The position numbers were made by a program, and so were the translations under genes. Below the pieces are notes generated by a model. That model was not told the DNA's origin. It saw only the letters and a program-made list of their open reading frames with translations, and made no database searches. DNA of 64,000 nt, taken from NCBI RefSeq assembly GCF_021869535.1, contig NW_026262690.1, forward strand, positions 79,112,001 to 79,176,000. The letters run 5' to 3'. This document shows, piece after piece, positions 36,071 to 49,900 of the stretch. This stretch comes from Mytilus californianus (Eukaryota). Position 1 is the stretch's first letter, and each line of letters begins with the position of its first letter.

Positions 36071-37642
36071 TTAGTAGTCATTTTGCTCACATTTTATGGA
36101 TTTCTCTTTAGGTAAGCCACAGTTTTCGATTACATCGTTATATTCGCTTTCATTATCAACCGTAAATTCTACTTTTCGAAAAAGATAAAACCTGAGAATG
36201 TTCATCAAAACCAGAATAAAACATGACATTGATGATATCATGATAAATAAGTCAATATAAATAGACGCAACACGGAAAGAAGATCCAAATGCAATAAATA
36301 AGAAATAAGTCGGTCTGACGCACCAAATCATGAGGAGGGCCAGCGCCAATATATGGTTGTAAAGTACGATGTTGATACGACAGATAGGACATGTTTCCTT
36401 TGAAGGAGGATACCACAATTCTGAAATAGAAAATACAAGATATCAAATAGAGTATGATTAGATACATGAAATAGTATATGATTTTGCTATCAGACTGAGA
36501 TAAAGTGCTTTTGCTTTGTTATTCCATTAAATAAAAATTAGAGTATTTAGTTTCTCTAAAAAGGTGCCATTTTTACGATTATTTTCAGATTTTTGGCTTT
36601 CATATTTCACTACGATTAAACAAATTGTCTGATTATTATTTTTTAACGTCCAGTAGCCAATATTTCAATATATTTGAGACGAACTTAAGAAAGAGCTAGA
36701 TAGGTAAATAGTAATTTTTTTAAAAGTATGATAAATTAATTGGTTATAGCTTTAATTCTTTTACTCCGCAATTGATTTAAAAGATTTTTGCAAAGCAACA
36801 TCATACTAGTACCTCATCAATATTGAAAAATAACCCGGAAAGTATTTTCGTCTAATGATTTCTCAATCATGGCAATGATGAGGTTTGAAATACAAATAAA
36901 TTGAAATTAAATCAGTCCATTTTCTTTACTAGATAATTTTAGGAAGTACCCTTTTTCTTCCTTATTGTCATATTTCATAAAAGCTAAGAAACTAACCACG
37001 ACTTCAACCTATTTTTGCACCCTAAAAAGTTTTGCTCTAGAGGTTATGTACAAGTAAAGGTCGTATAAACTTCAACGATTACTTACCAGATAATGAGGAC
37101 GTTTTGTATAGTTTGTCGTACAGTACTGCTAAAGTAGGAATACTTAATAGCAAATATTCCAGAAAGTAACCACTCGTCCAAGGATCCAATTTTTCATAAC
37201 AGTAAAAAGCTGTGTTTAGTCGTGAGTCATCAAAAGCATAGAAGGAATATTTGTCCGTTATCAAGCATGTTCCCAACAAATTGTTCCATACTGTGATTAA
37301 TGTCAGCGATAATAAACTATAGATGAAACAAGCGACTGTTAATGAAGATTGTTTAAATGGGAGGGATGTCAAAATTATTGTGCCGAGTAGTTCAGAACAA
37401 ATCATCGAAACTGCAGGCATACGTTTTACGGGAAGAAAATACAAGGACAAATGTGTTGAATTCCAGTAATATTTCACGAAATATAAAACACGGAGTAATT
37501 CAAATGCATATTCAACTATAATAATGCTGATAAAAATTACTGAATATTTGTGTTGTGCGGACAAACATAGCGGCACAAGCGCGAGAAAAACAATCAAAGT
37601 CAAAATGATTATACAAATTTCTGGCACTAACGATAGATCCAT
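36071..37642 (-). CDS. Unidentified seven-transmembrane protein (paralog B), 301 aa
   Basis: Coding exons 37642-37087 and 36420-36071 (donor G|GTAAGT, acceptor ATTTCAG|, phase 1), 906 nt open. In-frame stop upstream of the ATG within the same exon (acceptor at 37688-37690). Colinear with paralog A apart from a 30-aa shorter loop. Confidence 0.82.
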
Positions 37643-39110
37643 ATTCTTTTTATATCATTTCACTTCCAACTTTAAAATCTAAACACCCTGTAAAAGATCA
37701 ATGAAAATAAAATCTTTTTGTATTGCAGCCCAAAAAGGAAGTGTAATTGTACTCTTTAAAAATCGTTACGTGTTGTTTCTAGTTTTAAAGTTAATTTATG
37801 ATGAGTTAATTTAACGTATTATTGTTGAATTTTTCGACATGATTATTGTATAATCGAAATTCATAATTGTTTTACACTTATCACTACATATATTTAGTAA
37901 CAAAACACACTTGAATTTTACGAGAATGGTCTATATATGTTTCATGTGTATATATTTCTCAAGAAAACTGCGAACGTTAATTGTGTAGAATTTATACAAA
38001 ACCCAATACGGTATCTTTAGAACACGTTATGTTATGTACTATCTCTAACTGGCTCCCATAAGCTTACCTGTTTCCGTCGTATGGAATCAAGTGCACACCT
38101 TTTTCTGCCAAAGGGAAATTCTGATTAAAATTAACTTCCTGTTTAACATTTACTGAAGCGTTTCTTGAGGTAATCTTATGTTTATAAATCGCCATTCGAT
38201 ATAAATGATTGCATACTGAAGTCCTTTACTTTCTATTGTTATAAACCTAGCTTTAACATGATGTCAGAATATACCTTTTTACGATAATATGAATGCATAC
38301 TAAAAAGCTGTTAGGGGTTGTGAAATGTATAATTTCTTACAAAAGTTTTGACTTTTTTCTCTGGAAACCATATCACTTTGCTGCCCGCAGAAGTTAATAA
38401 GCGTGAAGCATATAATTGTGAAAAACAAGTATTCGTCTGAGGATTTATCTGTACCTGAAATGTGGTAGCGTATTTTGGGTCCGGCATAGTCTTACTTTCC
38501 TTATTGTAGCTAGCTTTCTGTTTATGAAAACGTAGGCAACTCTCTACATTCTGCTTTTGATTTTCATTTGATGAAGTTTAAAAAAAACAACAGAAAATGT
38601 AACAGTATTTCATGAGAAATGTTTAAAACGTTGACTGATTAATTTGACAAAAATACAGATTCGTGCAATATGCAATATCTGTACTTTTTTGTTCCATCTA
38701 AAGTGCTATTGGTCATGCGTTTTTTTGTGATTTATCAAACAAAACAATGCATTTCACATACTTTGATTACTCCAATGTTCAATAGAATGTATGGAAAGGT
38801 ACTAATGACTTCAATACACAGTTAAACACGATGGGTGCCTCATGTGGAACAGGATCTGCTTACCCTTCTAGAGCCTCTTATGTTGTTTTTGTAGACTGTC
38901 TTTTGGTCGTGTTTCTTTTTTTTGCCATGGCGTTATCAGTGTGTTATCGCCTTTTGATTTTGAATACCCCTTTGATATCTTCCACCTCTCTTTTAATATG
39001 GGTATTTCTGTTGTAATCGGGTTCCCCCACGGCTGGTTGAGAACATGCAAATTTGAATTTCCCACACTGATTAACACACTGACAATGACCAGACAGTCCG
39101 TTGAAAAACA

Positions 39111-39208
39111 GACTGATGTGGTTGCCCTCTTGAGATGCATGACTGATGTGGCTGCCTCTTGCCATGCATGACTGCTGTGGCTGCCTCTTGCCATGTATGA
39201 CTGCTGCA
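39111..39208. repeat. Tandem repeat, ~3.5 x 29-30 bp (GACTGATGTGGCTGCCTCTTGCCATGCAT)
   Basis: Direct inspection; absent from the paralogous region of unit 1. Confidence 0.85.
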
Positions 39209-40700
39209 TATGTATCTTCTCACTCTTTTTGCAGGAGTCAATTGTGATTTCTTCTACCTTAGATTTTCTTAATGAGAATATTCAAAGGACCAGAAGACAT
39301 TGTAGTTTTTTGTAGATTGGCCATGTTGAACCGGCCTATCTAACTAAAAGGTCAATTGCAAGATAATGCATAAGGAATGAAGAAGTAATTACGATTTGAT
39401 ATAGCTTAGTCAGGGTGACTTAATTCATCGACTTTTACGAGTTCAAGTGAGCATTCACATACCACTTCCAGTCAGAGTTTAAGTTAAGTTTGAACTCCAC
39501 TTCTAGTTCGAGTTAATCTTCAAATCAAACTTTGAGTTACTTCCAAGATGCAAATTAAGAGGTCGAGTTACGATTAAGTTACTGTTAAAAACTATAGTTA
39601 CTGAAAGTTTTAAGTTAGGTAGGAACACTACACCTTGTCTTTTTTATCATTAATAGGGAGAACAGATAGTTGTCTCATTGCAATTGGCAATCATACGACA
39701 TCTTTTCATTTTTATATTAGTACTGACATTATGCATATCTTCCAAATAAAAGTAATTTTAAAACAAATAAAAAAATATAATTCCCAACTTTGTACGAAAA
39801 ATATATTTTTATCAGGGAGAAAGGAAATAAATTCTGTTAGAGAATATTTGCCATTAAATTTAATGTAACACATTTAAGTTCTTAAACAAAAAATCCACTT
39901 TGCTTGACAAATAACAAATAATTTCATGGTTTTTGAAAATGAAAAGAAAAATATAATCCCTGTCCAAAGTTGAATGGTCCCTTATTTTGTTGTATTGGTC
40001 ATATGACCAGGTTATTGGTCACCTCTGTCATATCATTTAGTTTCGGGGGAAAACTAGCGGTATCTTAGATAAAGTCCAAGTCGCTGGAAAGTTTTCATAT
40101 TTATTTCGCATCCATCTTTTTCAAACATAAAAACAAATATAAAATACAAATTCAAAAGACTGATTGACATGCGGCAAATGAATTGAATTATTAAAAACCA
40201 ATGACGACTCGGAATGATAATAAAAAGCATGAATTATAAAAATATACAAAATCCTAGAAGTGAACTTTGAACGAACACTTTTCGGGTCATAGTATCAAGA
40301 CATATGATTGATTGGTTTTTCTGTGTTTTTGTCCAGTTGCAATTATTTCATGCATGTTCAGGATGAGAACAAATTAATAACTGACACAATAAGGAGAATC
40401 CGCTAGGTATGTTCCGCTTAACAGGTACGATCTCTATGTTTCATCTTGAAACAGAACTTTGGATTTTTATCATTATAAATAGTGTTAGATAGTGGACAAA
40501 TTGAATTCTCAGGAAGACTCAAAGTAAAAGAAGGGGTAGTACAGAATTTTAGTATGAGTTTAAACTCTTAGAAGTTAAAGGCATATAAAAGAGAGGCGAA
40601 AGATACCAGAGGGACATTCAAACTCATAAGTCGAAAATAAACTGACAACGCCATGGCTAAAAAAATTCAATTTGTTTCAAACAACGTTAAACATTAGATT

Positions 40701-41220
40701 TTATTATACTTCACGTTAAAATGCCATATTTTGATTGGCTAATACGAGGGTGTTAATTTACTCTATCACATGGCTGAGCGGTTGACAATTTTTTTGAATG
40801 TCACCCTCTCGTCCAGACCAATCAAAAATCGATAATTTAAAGGACAATGAATAGAATTTACATCAAGTAATTAAATACAATGCTTAAGTTCTACGTTTTG
40901 GCTCAGATTTTATTATTTGACTGTCAAAATAAAAAAAAAAACATCTTGCCTCACTTTTGCTGTTTTTTCTAATACCCGTAACGTTGTTATGTATACGTGA
41001 CGTCATAGAAAATACTTTTAAAATAAAATTAATCAGTAAAAGACAATAATGATAGGACATTCAGTATAATAAATTAGATAACACATAGCTGAGAGGGTGA
41101 TAGAGCAGATTGGTACCCCTCAAAAAAGATTTGTCAACCTTGGCTTCGCCGCGGTTGACAATGTTTTCTCGGGGTAACAATCTACTCTATCACCCTCTCA
41201 GCTATGTGTTATTTATATAA
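40701..41220. mobile_element. Non-autonomous DNA element with a terminal long hairpin (41078-41212)
   Basis: Arms ATAACACATAGCTGAGAGGGTGATAGAG...TTGTCAACC and its reverse complement around loop TTGGCTTCGCCGC. Same architecture as 23990-24362. Confidence 0.6.
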
Positions 41221-44167
41221 TGATATGCAAGCATCATCATAGATACAAATCATTATCTATAAAGAAGCTTTAAAGTTAGTTGATTGTTTGTTTCATATAA
41301 GCAAATGTCAATGCAAATTCACAAATGTGATTATGGAGATAACATAACTGTTCATTGACATTTACTGATATATGCTGTTCTTAAACTTAGAAACTTTGGC
41401 CCTGACCAGCACCCATCTGTCATAGAAACTCATCTATGGCAATGAAGTGGCATTGCATGTTGTTATATCCTAATATCTAAATATGCATTTGGTTAAAATA
41501 AGTTAGTTGATTGAGTTGTTCAAGTGATGCAACCCCTAAACTAAACAAAATGATATATTTTGAAAATCAAACTTATATATTACAATTGGTAATTTGGTAA
41601 CTTGCCCTTTAAAACAAACCATAACAATAATTCTAAACTTTTTAATTTTTGGCAGTAGTTGTGTGCATGTGATTTTAGTATATAAAATTCATTGATTGAT
41701 GTATGGCTAATGCCAGTGGTAAACAGTGCATGCAAATCCAGGATTATAACATGTTAATTATATGAATATACCCTACTTTGACCGACATGCTACCACAGCC
41801 AGATCTTCAACTTGATTGCTAACAAGGTAGCAGCAGTCTGCTGTCAGCTAGATATGTTATTGCAACCAACTATTAACCAACACGTTTTTGCTCTTATTCT
41901 AAAATGTTTTGTGCTTGGTAGAGAAGCATTTTAAGGACCTTTAACAATCCCATAGTATCAGGTGCATAACTTTAACATATGCTTAACCTTTTCGTGAATT
42001 TAATGTTATGGGTTGAAACTGTAGTATGAGCAAGTATGTAAAATAAGTATCAAATTTTCCACAGTGAAGATATTTGAATCAATTATTTTTTTGCAGCTCA
42101 CAATATACACATAATACAGGTCAAACTACCGTGGTTATGTGTTCCTCTTTGCTGTTGGTCCTTTTTATTACGTCTAGGTGGAGGAGTCGGGTGTTGGTGG
42201 TCGTGGTGGGTGTTTAACTTTATATTTTGAGATCCTGTTATCCATTTAAGGCATTGTCAATTACTCGATTTGAATTGCAAAAATATACGTACTTGAACAA
42301 ATAGTGATATCCCGTATAATTGTACATGATCTATAATGTGCCATTACGGATGTACAAATTCACAGTTTGCCATTTATTTGATCCAACTAGTTGTTATCTA
42401 ATCATCAAACAGATTTTTTTCTATATTGAGAGAAATGACTAATATTGTAAATGCATCGTAAAATAATTCTTCAAGACGCTTGTTTTATGTTTAAATTTGT
42501 TTAGTTTGGAACGAAGGACAAAAAAACATAAAGACAAAAGACAAAAAACACCGAGCTGATAGTATTCCCAGTTAATGATTAGTCCACCTTTGATTACCCC
42601 CAATATTCAATAGTTATGTAAACAAATTAGGTAATATAGATATTTGAATTATTGCAAGAACGAGTAGAAGATCAAGCCACCCTTGCATCAAAATCATGTA
42701 CCCAAGCAAATGCAAATAGGAAAAAAAGTAACCTGAGTGAATACGTGCATGTCATAAGGATGTAACCTGAGTTAAGTACAAGAAAAACATCACAGCGACA
42801 GTTTCTGTGTCCATTGGGTCATTCCAGTTAATATCTGACAGGTGGGTGAGGATGAGGAGATTTATTTATAACATGTAAAACAGATGCCATTGCTTGCAGA
42901 ATTCAGATTTCCTCAAAGACCTACCAGAAGAAGACAGGGATTCAGATTCAAATTTTTAGCCATTGTGTAAAATAAATAAATATCAATGAGTACTGCTTGA
43001 TGTTTTTAAAAGATAAACTGATGATTTTTCTTGAACAAACTGTAAATCAACACTCTATGGAAAACAACTATATAAAAATAAGGAGATGTGGTATGATTGC
43101 CAGTTCAAATGACGTGGACATAAACAAAAATAGGTCACAGGACGGCCTTCAACAATGAAAAAACCCCCATACCATATAGTCGGCTATGAATGTCCCGGAC
43201 AGGAAAAATGCGAAACAATTCAAACAAGAAAACTAATGGCCTAACTTATCACAATATCAAAAAAACAAAACAACCCCACAACTATGACGGATATGAGCCA
43301 ATGACAACCACTGAAATACAGGCTCCTGACAGGCAAATAAAGAATGTGAAGGGGTTAAGCATATTTGAGAGTGCTCAACCCCCCTAACATTGAACCGTAG
43401 TGTAACATCACAACATAAGAACAAACTGTAAAAATAAGTTATAAATGGCTTAACTCAATAGATTGGTACGAAGCACAAAAAATACTAACATAAAAAACAA
43501 TAGACACAAAGCACCAATATAAGAGTACTCACAGTTACTAAAAGCTAGTTCAAAGCCAATTACACCTAATAAATAATCAGATTCTCCCAGACTGAGGCAC
43601 TTGTGAAAATAAAACAACAACATGTGGATATAAATTTAATTAAAAAAAAACGCAACGGAAACTATGAGTTAAAATATAAATATTTGGGTGAATTACTCAT
43701 ATTGTAATATTTGTACAGTTTACTGGGTTTTTTTTCTTTTTTGTTTTTGTTTGGCAAGTTCCTACTCGTCACTTGATTGCATATTTTCATAGAATATGAG
43801 GTGTATGGCCTAAACAAATCATATATCTGAAATAACATATGTTCAGCAAGTGATTTAGTACAGCATTATTTCAGAAATCTCAAAATTCAAAACCATGTTA
43901 CCTGAACACCAGTAAAAAGTCATTTTATTGGTAATGTGAATGCAAAAGAAAGACGACGGAAGTACAAACAAGTTCACAAAACAAAAAAGTTACATAGAAC
44001 ATAGAAATCTAAAGATTGAGCAACTAGAAACCAGTCAAAAACAAGTGCTATGGAAGGAAAGGCAGATTCACAACTGCTGGAACGTAAAATTATTACGCTA
44101 GTTTTCTGTTAGAACATAGAAACTTTTCTATTATTATTAGGTTTTCTGTAAATTTCTATCAAGTTAA

Positions 44168-45608
44168 AAACTAGAGGCTCTCAAGAGCCTGTGTCGCTCA
44201 CTATATCTACTTTGGTTTTGGAAATTATGTAGAATAAGGTTAAAATCATAATAAATAGTATAAGATACCCTAATAAGGATTGAGGCCAAGTTTGGTTTAA
44301 TTTGGCCCAGTAGTTAAATTAAAAGCAGGTCATCCCATTGTAGACTTACAATAGTTACTGAAGACCCCTTATCATTATTTAAATTAGTTTTCAAGTTGTG
44401 ACCATTTGAAATTATTTTTTTACAATTTTCCCATAGACTTCTATAGTAAACCCCTATGTTCTATTTTTAGCCATGGCGGCCATGTCGGTTGGATAGCAGG
44501 GTCATCGGATATATTTTTCAATCAAGATACCCTATTGAAAATTGTGGCTAAGTTTAATTCTATTTGGACCAATAGATTAAGTGGAGAAGATTTTGTAAAC
44601 GATTACAAAAATTTAAGAAAAATTGTTAAGAATTGACTATAAAGGGCAATAACTCCATAAGGGGTCAATTGACAATTTTGGTCATATTGTCTAATTTGTA
44701 GATCGTAATTTGCTGAACATTATTGCTGTTTACAGTTTATCTCTATCTATAATGATATTTAAGATAAAAACCAAAACCAGCAAAATTTCCTTAAAATTAC
44801 TAATTCAGGGGCAACAACCAAACAACGGGTTGTCTGATTTGTCTGAAAATTTCAGAGCAGATAGATCTTAACATGATGAACATTTTTACTCCGTCAGATT
44901 TTCTGTAAATGCTTTAGTATCAGGGATATAAGCCAAACTGCATTTTACCCCCCCCCCCCCCCCATGTTCTATTTTTAGTAATGGCGGCCATCTTGATGGG
45001 CGGGGTCATCGGATACATTTTTTTAAACTAGATACCTAAGGATGATTTAGGCCAAGTTTGGTTTAATTTGGCCCAGTAGTTTCAGAGGAGAAGTTTTTGT
45101 AAAAGATTTCAAAAATTTACGAAAAATTGTTAAAAATTGACTTTAAAGGGCAATAACTCCTTATGGGGTCAATTGACAAGTTTGGTCTGATTTGTAGATC
45201 GTACTATGCTGAACAAATTTGCTGTAAACAGTTTATCTCTATCTATTATTATATTCAAGATAATAACCAAAAACTGCAAAATTTCCTTAAAATTACCAAT
45301 TCAGGGGCAGCAACCCAACAACGGGTTGTTTAATGCGACTGAAAATATCAGGGCAGATAGATCTTGACCTGATGAACATTTTTACCCCTGTCAGATTTGC
45401 TGTAAATGCTTTAGTATCAGAAATATAAGCCAAAAAATGCATTTTACCCTTAGGATGATTTAGGCCAAGTTTGGTTTTATTTAGCCCAGTAGTTTCAGAG
45501 GAGAAGATTTTTGTAAAAGTTAACGACGACGACGATGACGGACGACGGACGACGGACGTCAAGTGATGAGAAAAGTTCACTTGGTCCTCTGGGCCAGGTG
45601 AGCTAAAA
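44168..45608 (-). mobile_element. Well-preserved HINE/Pearl-like element
   Basis: Starts AAACTAGAGGCTCTCAAGAGCCTGTGTCGCTCAC. Large internal direct repeat, (GAC)n/(GGAC)n microsatellite, terminal hairpin AGTTCACTTGGTCC-TCT-GGGCCAGGTGAGCT, A-run flanks and no TSD. Confidence 0.8.
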
Positions 45609-46961
45609 AGTTAGAACAATGTCCTTTCTAGTTATCTGCTAGAACATAGAAACTTTCATATACTTGATAGGTTTTCTATAAATTTATATTAAGTTAACTA
45701 AAGAAAAAGTTAGAACTATGTCCTTTCTACTTGAAAATAAATGGACAGGCATTACATTTGCCTGGAATCCATTTGTTTTCGTTTATAAAAAACCAGAACT
45801 ACATGAACCTAACTCGGCGTCTTGTAGCGGTACCGTTTGTTATAATATAATATATGGGAAAGCATAACTCACTCAGTTTTATAACCATAAATTGTTGATT
45901 CGGCTGTCACTGTTATTTTTATTTGAAAAACTTGATACAAAAATTAAAATACGGTACATTTATCTTTGTATCTAGATACATACAACATGAATAAGAAGAT
46001 TTGGTATGAGTGCCAATGAGACAACTCTCCATCCTAGTCACAACGTATGAAAAGTTTACAATTATAGGTCTTAATTGAGAAGTTTAATACATAACCATCT
46101 AGAAAATCACCTAGATGCACTCAGTTGACGTATAATTGACACATTACCAACTTGAAATTACAACTCTTAAAATGTTAAAGTGCACTTGGCAAAAAAGGAA
46201 GTTATAGATACTCTGTTTAAAGTCTATCACTGGACTTGTAAACTTACCATCATGTTTGAGAAAATACGAAAATTTGAATAACGTTTTTTTTTCCTTTTTT
46301 AAATGAGGATATTTTGTAATATATAAATGATTAGATTGATGATTTTTTTTTACTTGTTTTAACGATAACATAGAATTTAAAAATGTATACATCTATCAAA
46401 CAGTTGCAAAATGCAATAAGAAGCTGATTATATACTAGCCGTAGCTCTGTACTAGCGGCCGTTTAATATACTTATATCTTTTCCACCGCAATTAAGAACT
46501 GTAATCATTATCAACACAGATAGAGATTTTTACGTCATACCAAAACTGCTGAAGAAAATGCAGTGACATTTCTGAAAAAAATTACGTTTAGGAATACATT
46601 GAAAAGATGATGTTGCTATTCGAGAAAATGCCTTAGCATTAAGAATGTTTACATTTAATAAATTAAATGCGGTTATATTTAAAGAATGTTGGTTAGTGTG
46701 TCATGGATCGATATCACTGTGTCATTGTGTCAAAATGACCTGGAAAACGTCTTAAAAATATATTTAAAACGTCAACTCGTAGTTCAGTTGTTGATTATAT
46801 ATTTGAATTCTCAGCTCTGCACCAGGATTTAAGTGTAATATTGAACGTAATCAATACTATCTCGTGACCTTTATTTATAACTGTGATCATGTGATTAGAT
46901 TGTATAAACAAAACTTGCATTTATTTGTGTATCACATTGGTTAACAGACAAATAAGGGGGG

Positions 46962-49900
46962 ATGGAGTCTTTACGGTACTTCTGCTGTTTTATTTTGGTT
47001 TTTACCACAGTATATGGTAAGTAGTAGTTCATATCTAACTATTAAATATGAATTTTGCACGCAAATATTTTGTACAGTGATATTTTAGCTGGATTACGAG
47101 ACATGCGTATAAAAATAATTTTCACTTGTGATATTTTAATACTTTTAATAGGTCATCGTTTATATAGTGTGGTTACTGTGACGGGTTTAAACAGATTTAT
47201 ATTAATCTTACCAAAATGTACTACCATATAAATAATTGTTTGAAGACAGACATAAATCATTTAACAATTTAATGATAAGTCTTACAGAGACCAGAGTTTG
47301 TCCCATATGCCTTAAATGAAGAAATTGAATAATGACTAGTTTCCGTGTATAAATCCAAACACTTAGACACCAAATGTTAGTATTCTTGGTTTGACATTTT
47401 CGTACGGAAAAGTATGTTATTGTCCATTATTTTAGTTCTTTTATCATAAGAAAGCTAATCCTTATTCCGTTTTTTACGTAACTTTTTAATTTTACACATT
47501 TAAGCTATATATATTTTTATATGAATATTTTTACTTGAAAGCTAATTCTTTCAGACTCTTATCATGATTATATTCCGTATGAGGTCTATACATTTAAAAA
47601 AAAAATTAGTATTAATCAGGTTTTTTTACGTTGTTTATATTCAGTGTATCTTTATCTACGTAACAACTAGAGTATACGAATTCTGACAATTTAATTTATA
47701 ATTTTGCGCATTTAAATAAAAAGTTGTCTAATATTAAACAAAATATGTTCAAGATAATATAATTATATACAAAAGCAATAGAGTAAATGAATTGACCGTG
47801 GCAGCAACTGGCCAGGCTGTCTATTCAAAATTCTATACAACGTAATTTAAAAATTAAAGGGGTTCCTTTTGGTCAAGCGCTCTGTCATCTGCATTTCAGT
47901 TAAGGTAGAATAGATTTCCGCTCCGGCAAATGTGAATGGCATCCTTATCACATGAACATAACTTTCCACAGGTACTTGTTTCTATCCATGGGAAGGTCGA
48001 CTATCCATTTCTATTATATATGGATAGTCGACCTTCCCATGGATAGAAACAAGTGCCTGTGTAACTGTTCCACTACTAATTCAGAAACTAAATATTATCC
48101 TGATGAGTTTTGCAAACATTTTTCTTAACACTATCCCAAATTTGTTTTTAGGCTTTGTTCCATTAAATACAAATTTATTATATCAGGCATATTTTAAAAT
48201 TATTTCAATGATTTTACCTACATACATAGACATGATAGACGACAACTTGTAAAAGAATATGGCTATGTTCAAAAATCAATTTGAAAGAAATATATACAAC
48301 AAATAACCATTTAAAAGTGTAATGTTTTATAACAGAATAATGTAACATTGTATTGAAATTTGACAAACAACAACAAACCAAAACCAAAAACAAAAATGAA
48401 ACAAACACGATATCGTAAATAATTTAAAATTTGCATGAGACGCTATTTCTGTTCCAAAAGCACGATTTACTTTACAGATTATTTTACAATTTTAATGTTT
48501 CAGAGTCCACGTGCCCTTTACGAAAATCCTGACAAATAGAGACTTGACGCATGATGATTTTTTTCTTTTATACTTGCTAAATGAGTCAAATCACAAACAA
48601 ATATTATGGAAATCGTACATGAAGTGGAACATATATAGCGACGAATAATTGAAGATCCCGGATATTGAATTTTGTTTTAATGTTCAGTTATTCTTGAGTC
48701 CAATTGTAACATATCTGACTTATTTTAGGGTATCAAAGTAGGTATACAAAAAAAAAAAACAAAAAAAAAACGAATAACTTGACCATACTTTATTCTTGGT
48801 TGCATGTTCCGATAGAGGCTAATACAAGTAACAGCCATATCAACAACGGATTAGACCAAATAGTTCCAGAACAAATGAATACAAAAATACTCTAATATCC
48901 AACACAATGCTTATATCAGTTATTCTTTTTCAGCTTTGAAGTATAAAGAATACAAACATTTTTTGGAAGAACAATCCAGAAACCAAACATTTATGAAACT
49001 TTTCGATCAGCATATTAAAAAATTCCACAGAGCAAAATCAAAGGTAAAGTGACGTTTAAATCCTTTTTTTTTTGTATAATGTTCATAATGACAAATGTTG
49101 TACCTTTCTTAAATCGCAGTAACATCATTTTGGACAAACAGTAACATGGTTTAGCACAAGTATAAAATTTAGAATGGAAATGGGGAATGTGTAAAAGAGA
49201 CAACAACCCGACCATAAAACAGACAACAGCAGAATGTCACCAACAGGTCTTCAATGCAGCGAGAAATTCCCGCACCCGGAGGCGTCCTTCAGCTGGCCCC
49301 TAAACAAATATATATACTAGTTCAGTGATAATGAACGCCATACTAAACTCCAAATTGTACACAAGAAACTAAAATTAAAAATAATACAAGACTAACAAAG
49401 GCTAGAGGCTCCTGACTTGGGACAGGCGCAAAAATGCGGCGGGGTTAAACATGTTTATGAGATCTCAACCCTCCCCCTATACCTCTAGCCAATGTAGAAA
49501 AGTAAACGCATAACAATACGCACATTAAAATTCAGTTCAAGAGAAGTCCGAGTCTGATGTCAGAAGATGTAACCAAAGAAAATAAACAAAATGACAATAA
49601 TACATAATTAACAACAGACTACTAGCTGTTAACTGACATGCCAGCTCCAGACTTCAATTAAACTGATTGAAAGATTATGTCTTCATCATATGAATATCAG
49701 GCACAATCCTTCCCGTTAGGGGTTTAGTATCCGTCATCTGTCTAAAATATAAATGTCGGATACCGAGTTCAGTAGACAAGTACGTGCTTTCTGTATAACC
49801 GTCATCAGGTTCAACCAACTCAAAATGTTTAGAGTGCCAAATAGGCAAGTACACAAAAGAGTTAAAAAAAAACAAGAGAGAGAGACTTAAACAACTGTTT

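Noticed and set aside
42640-42960. Purine-rich patch reading like acidic protein (DFLKDLPEEDRDSD)
   Set aside because: Short, stop-interrupted, no supported exon boundaries.
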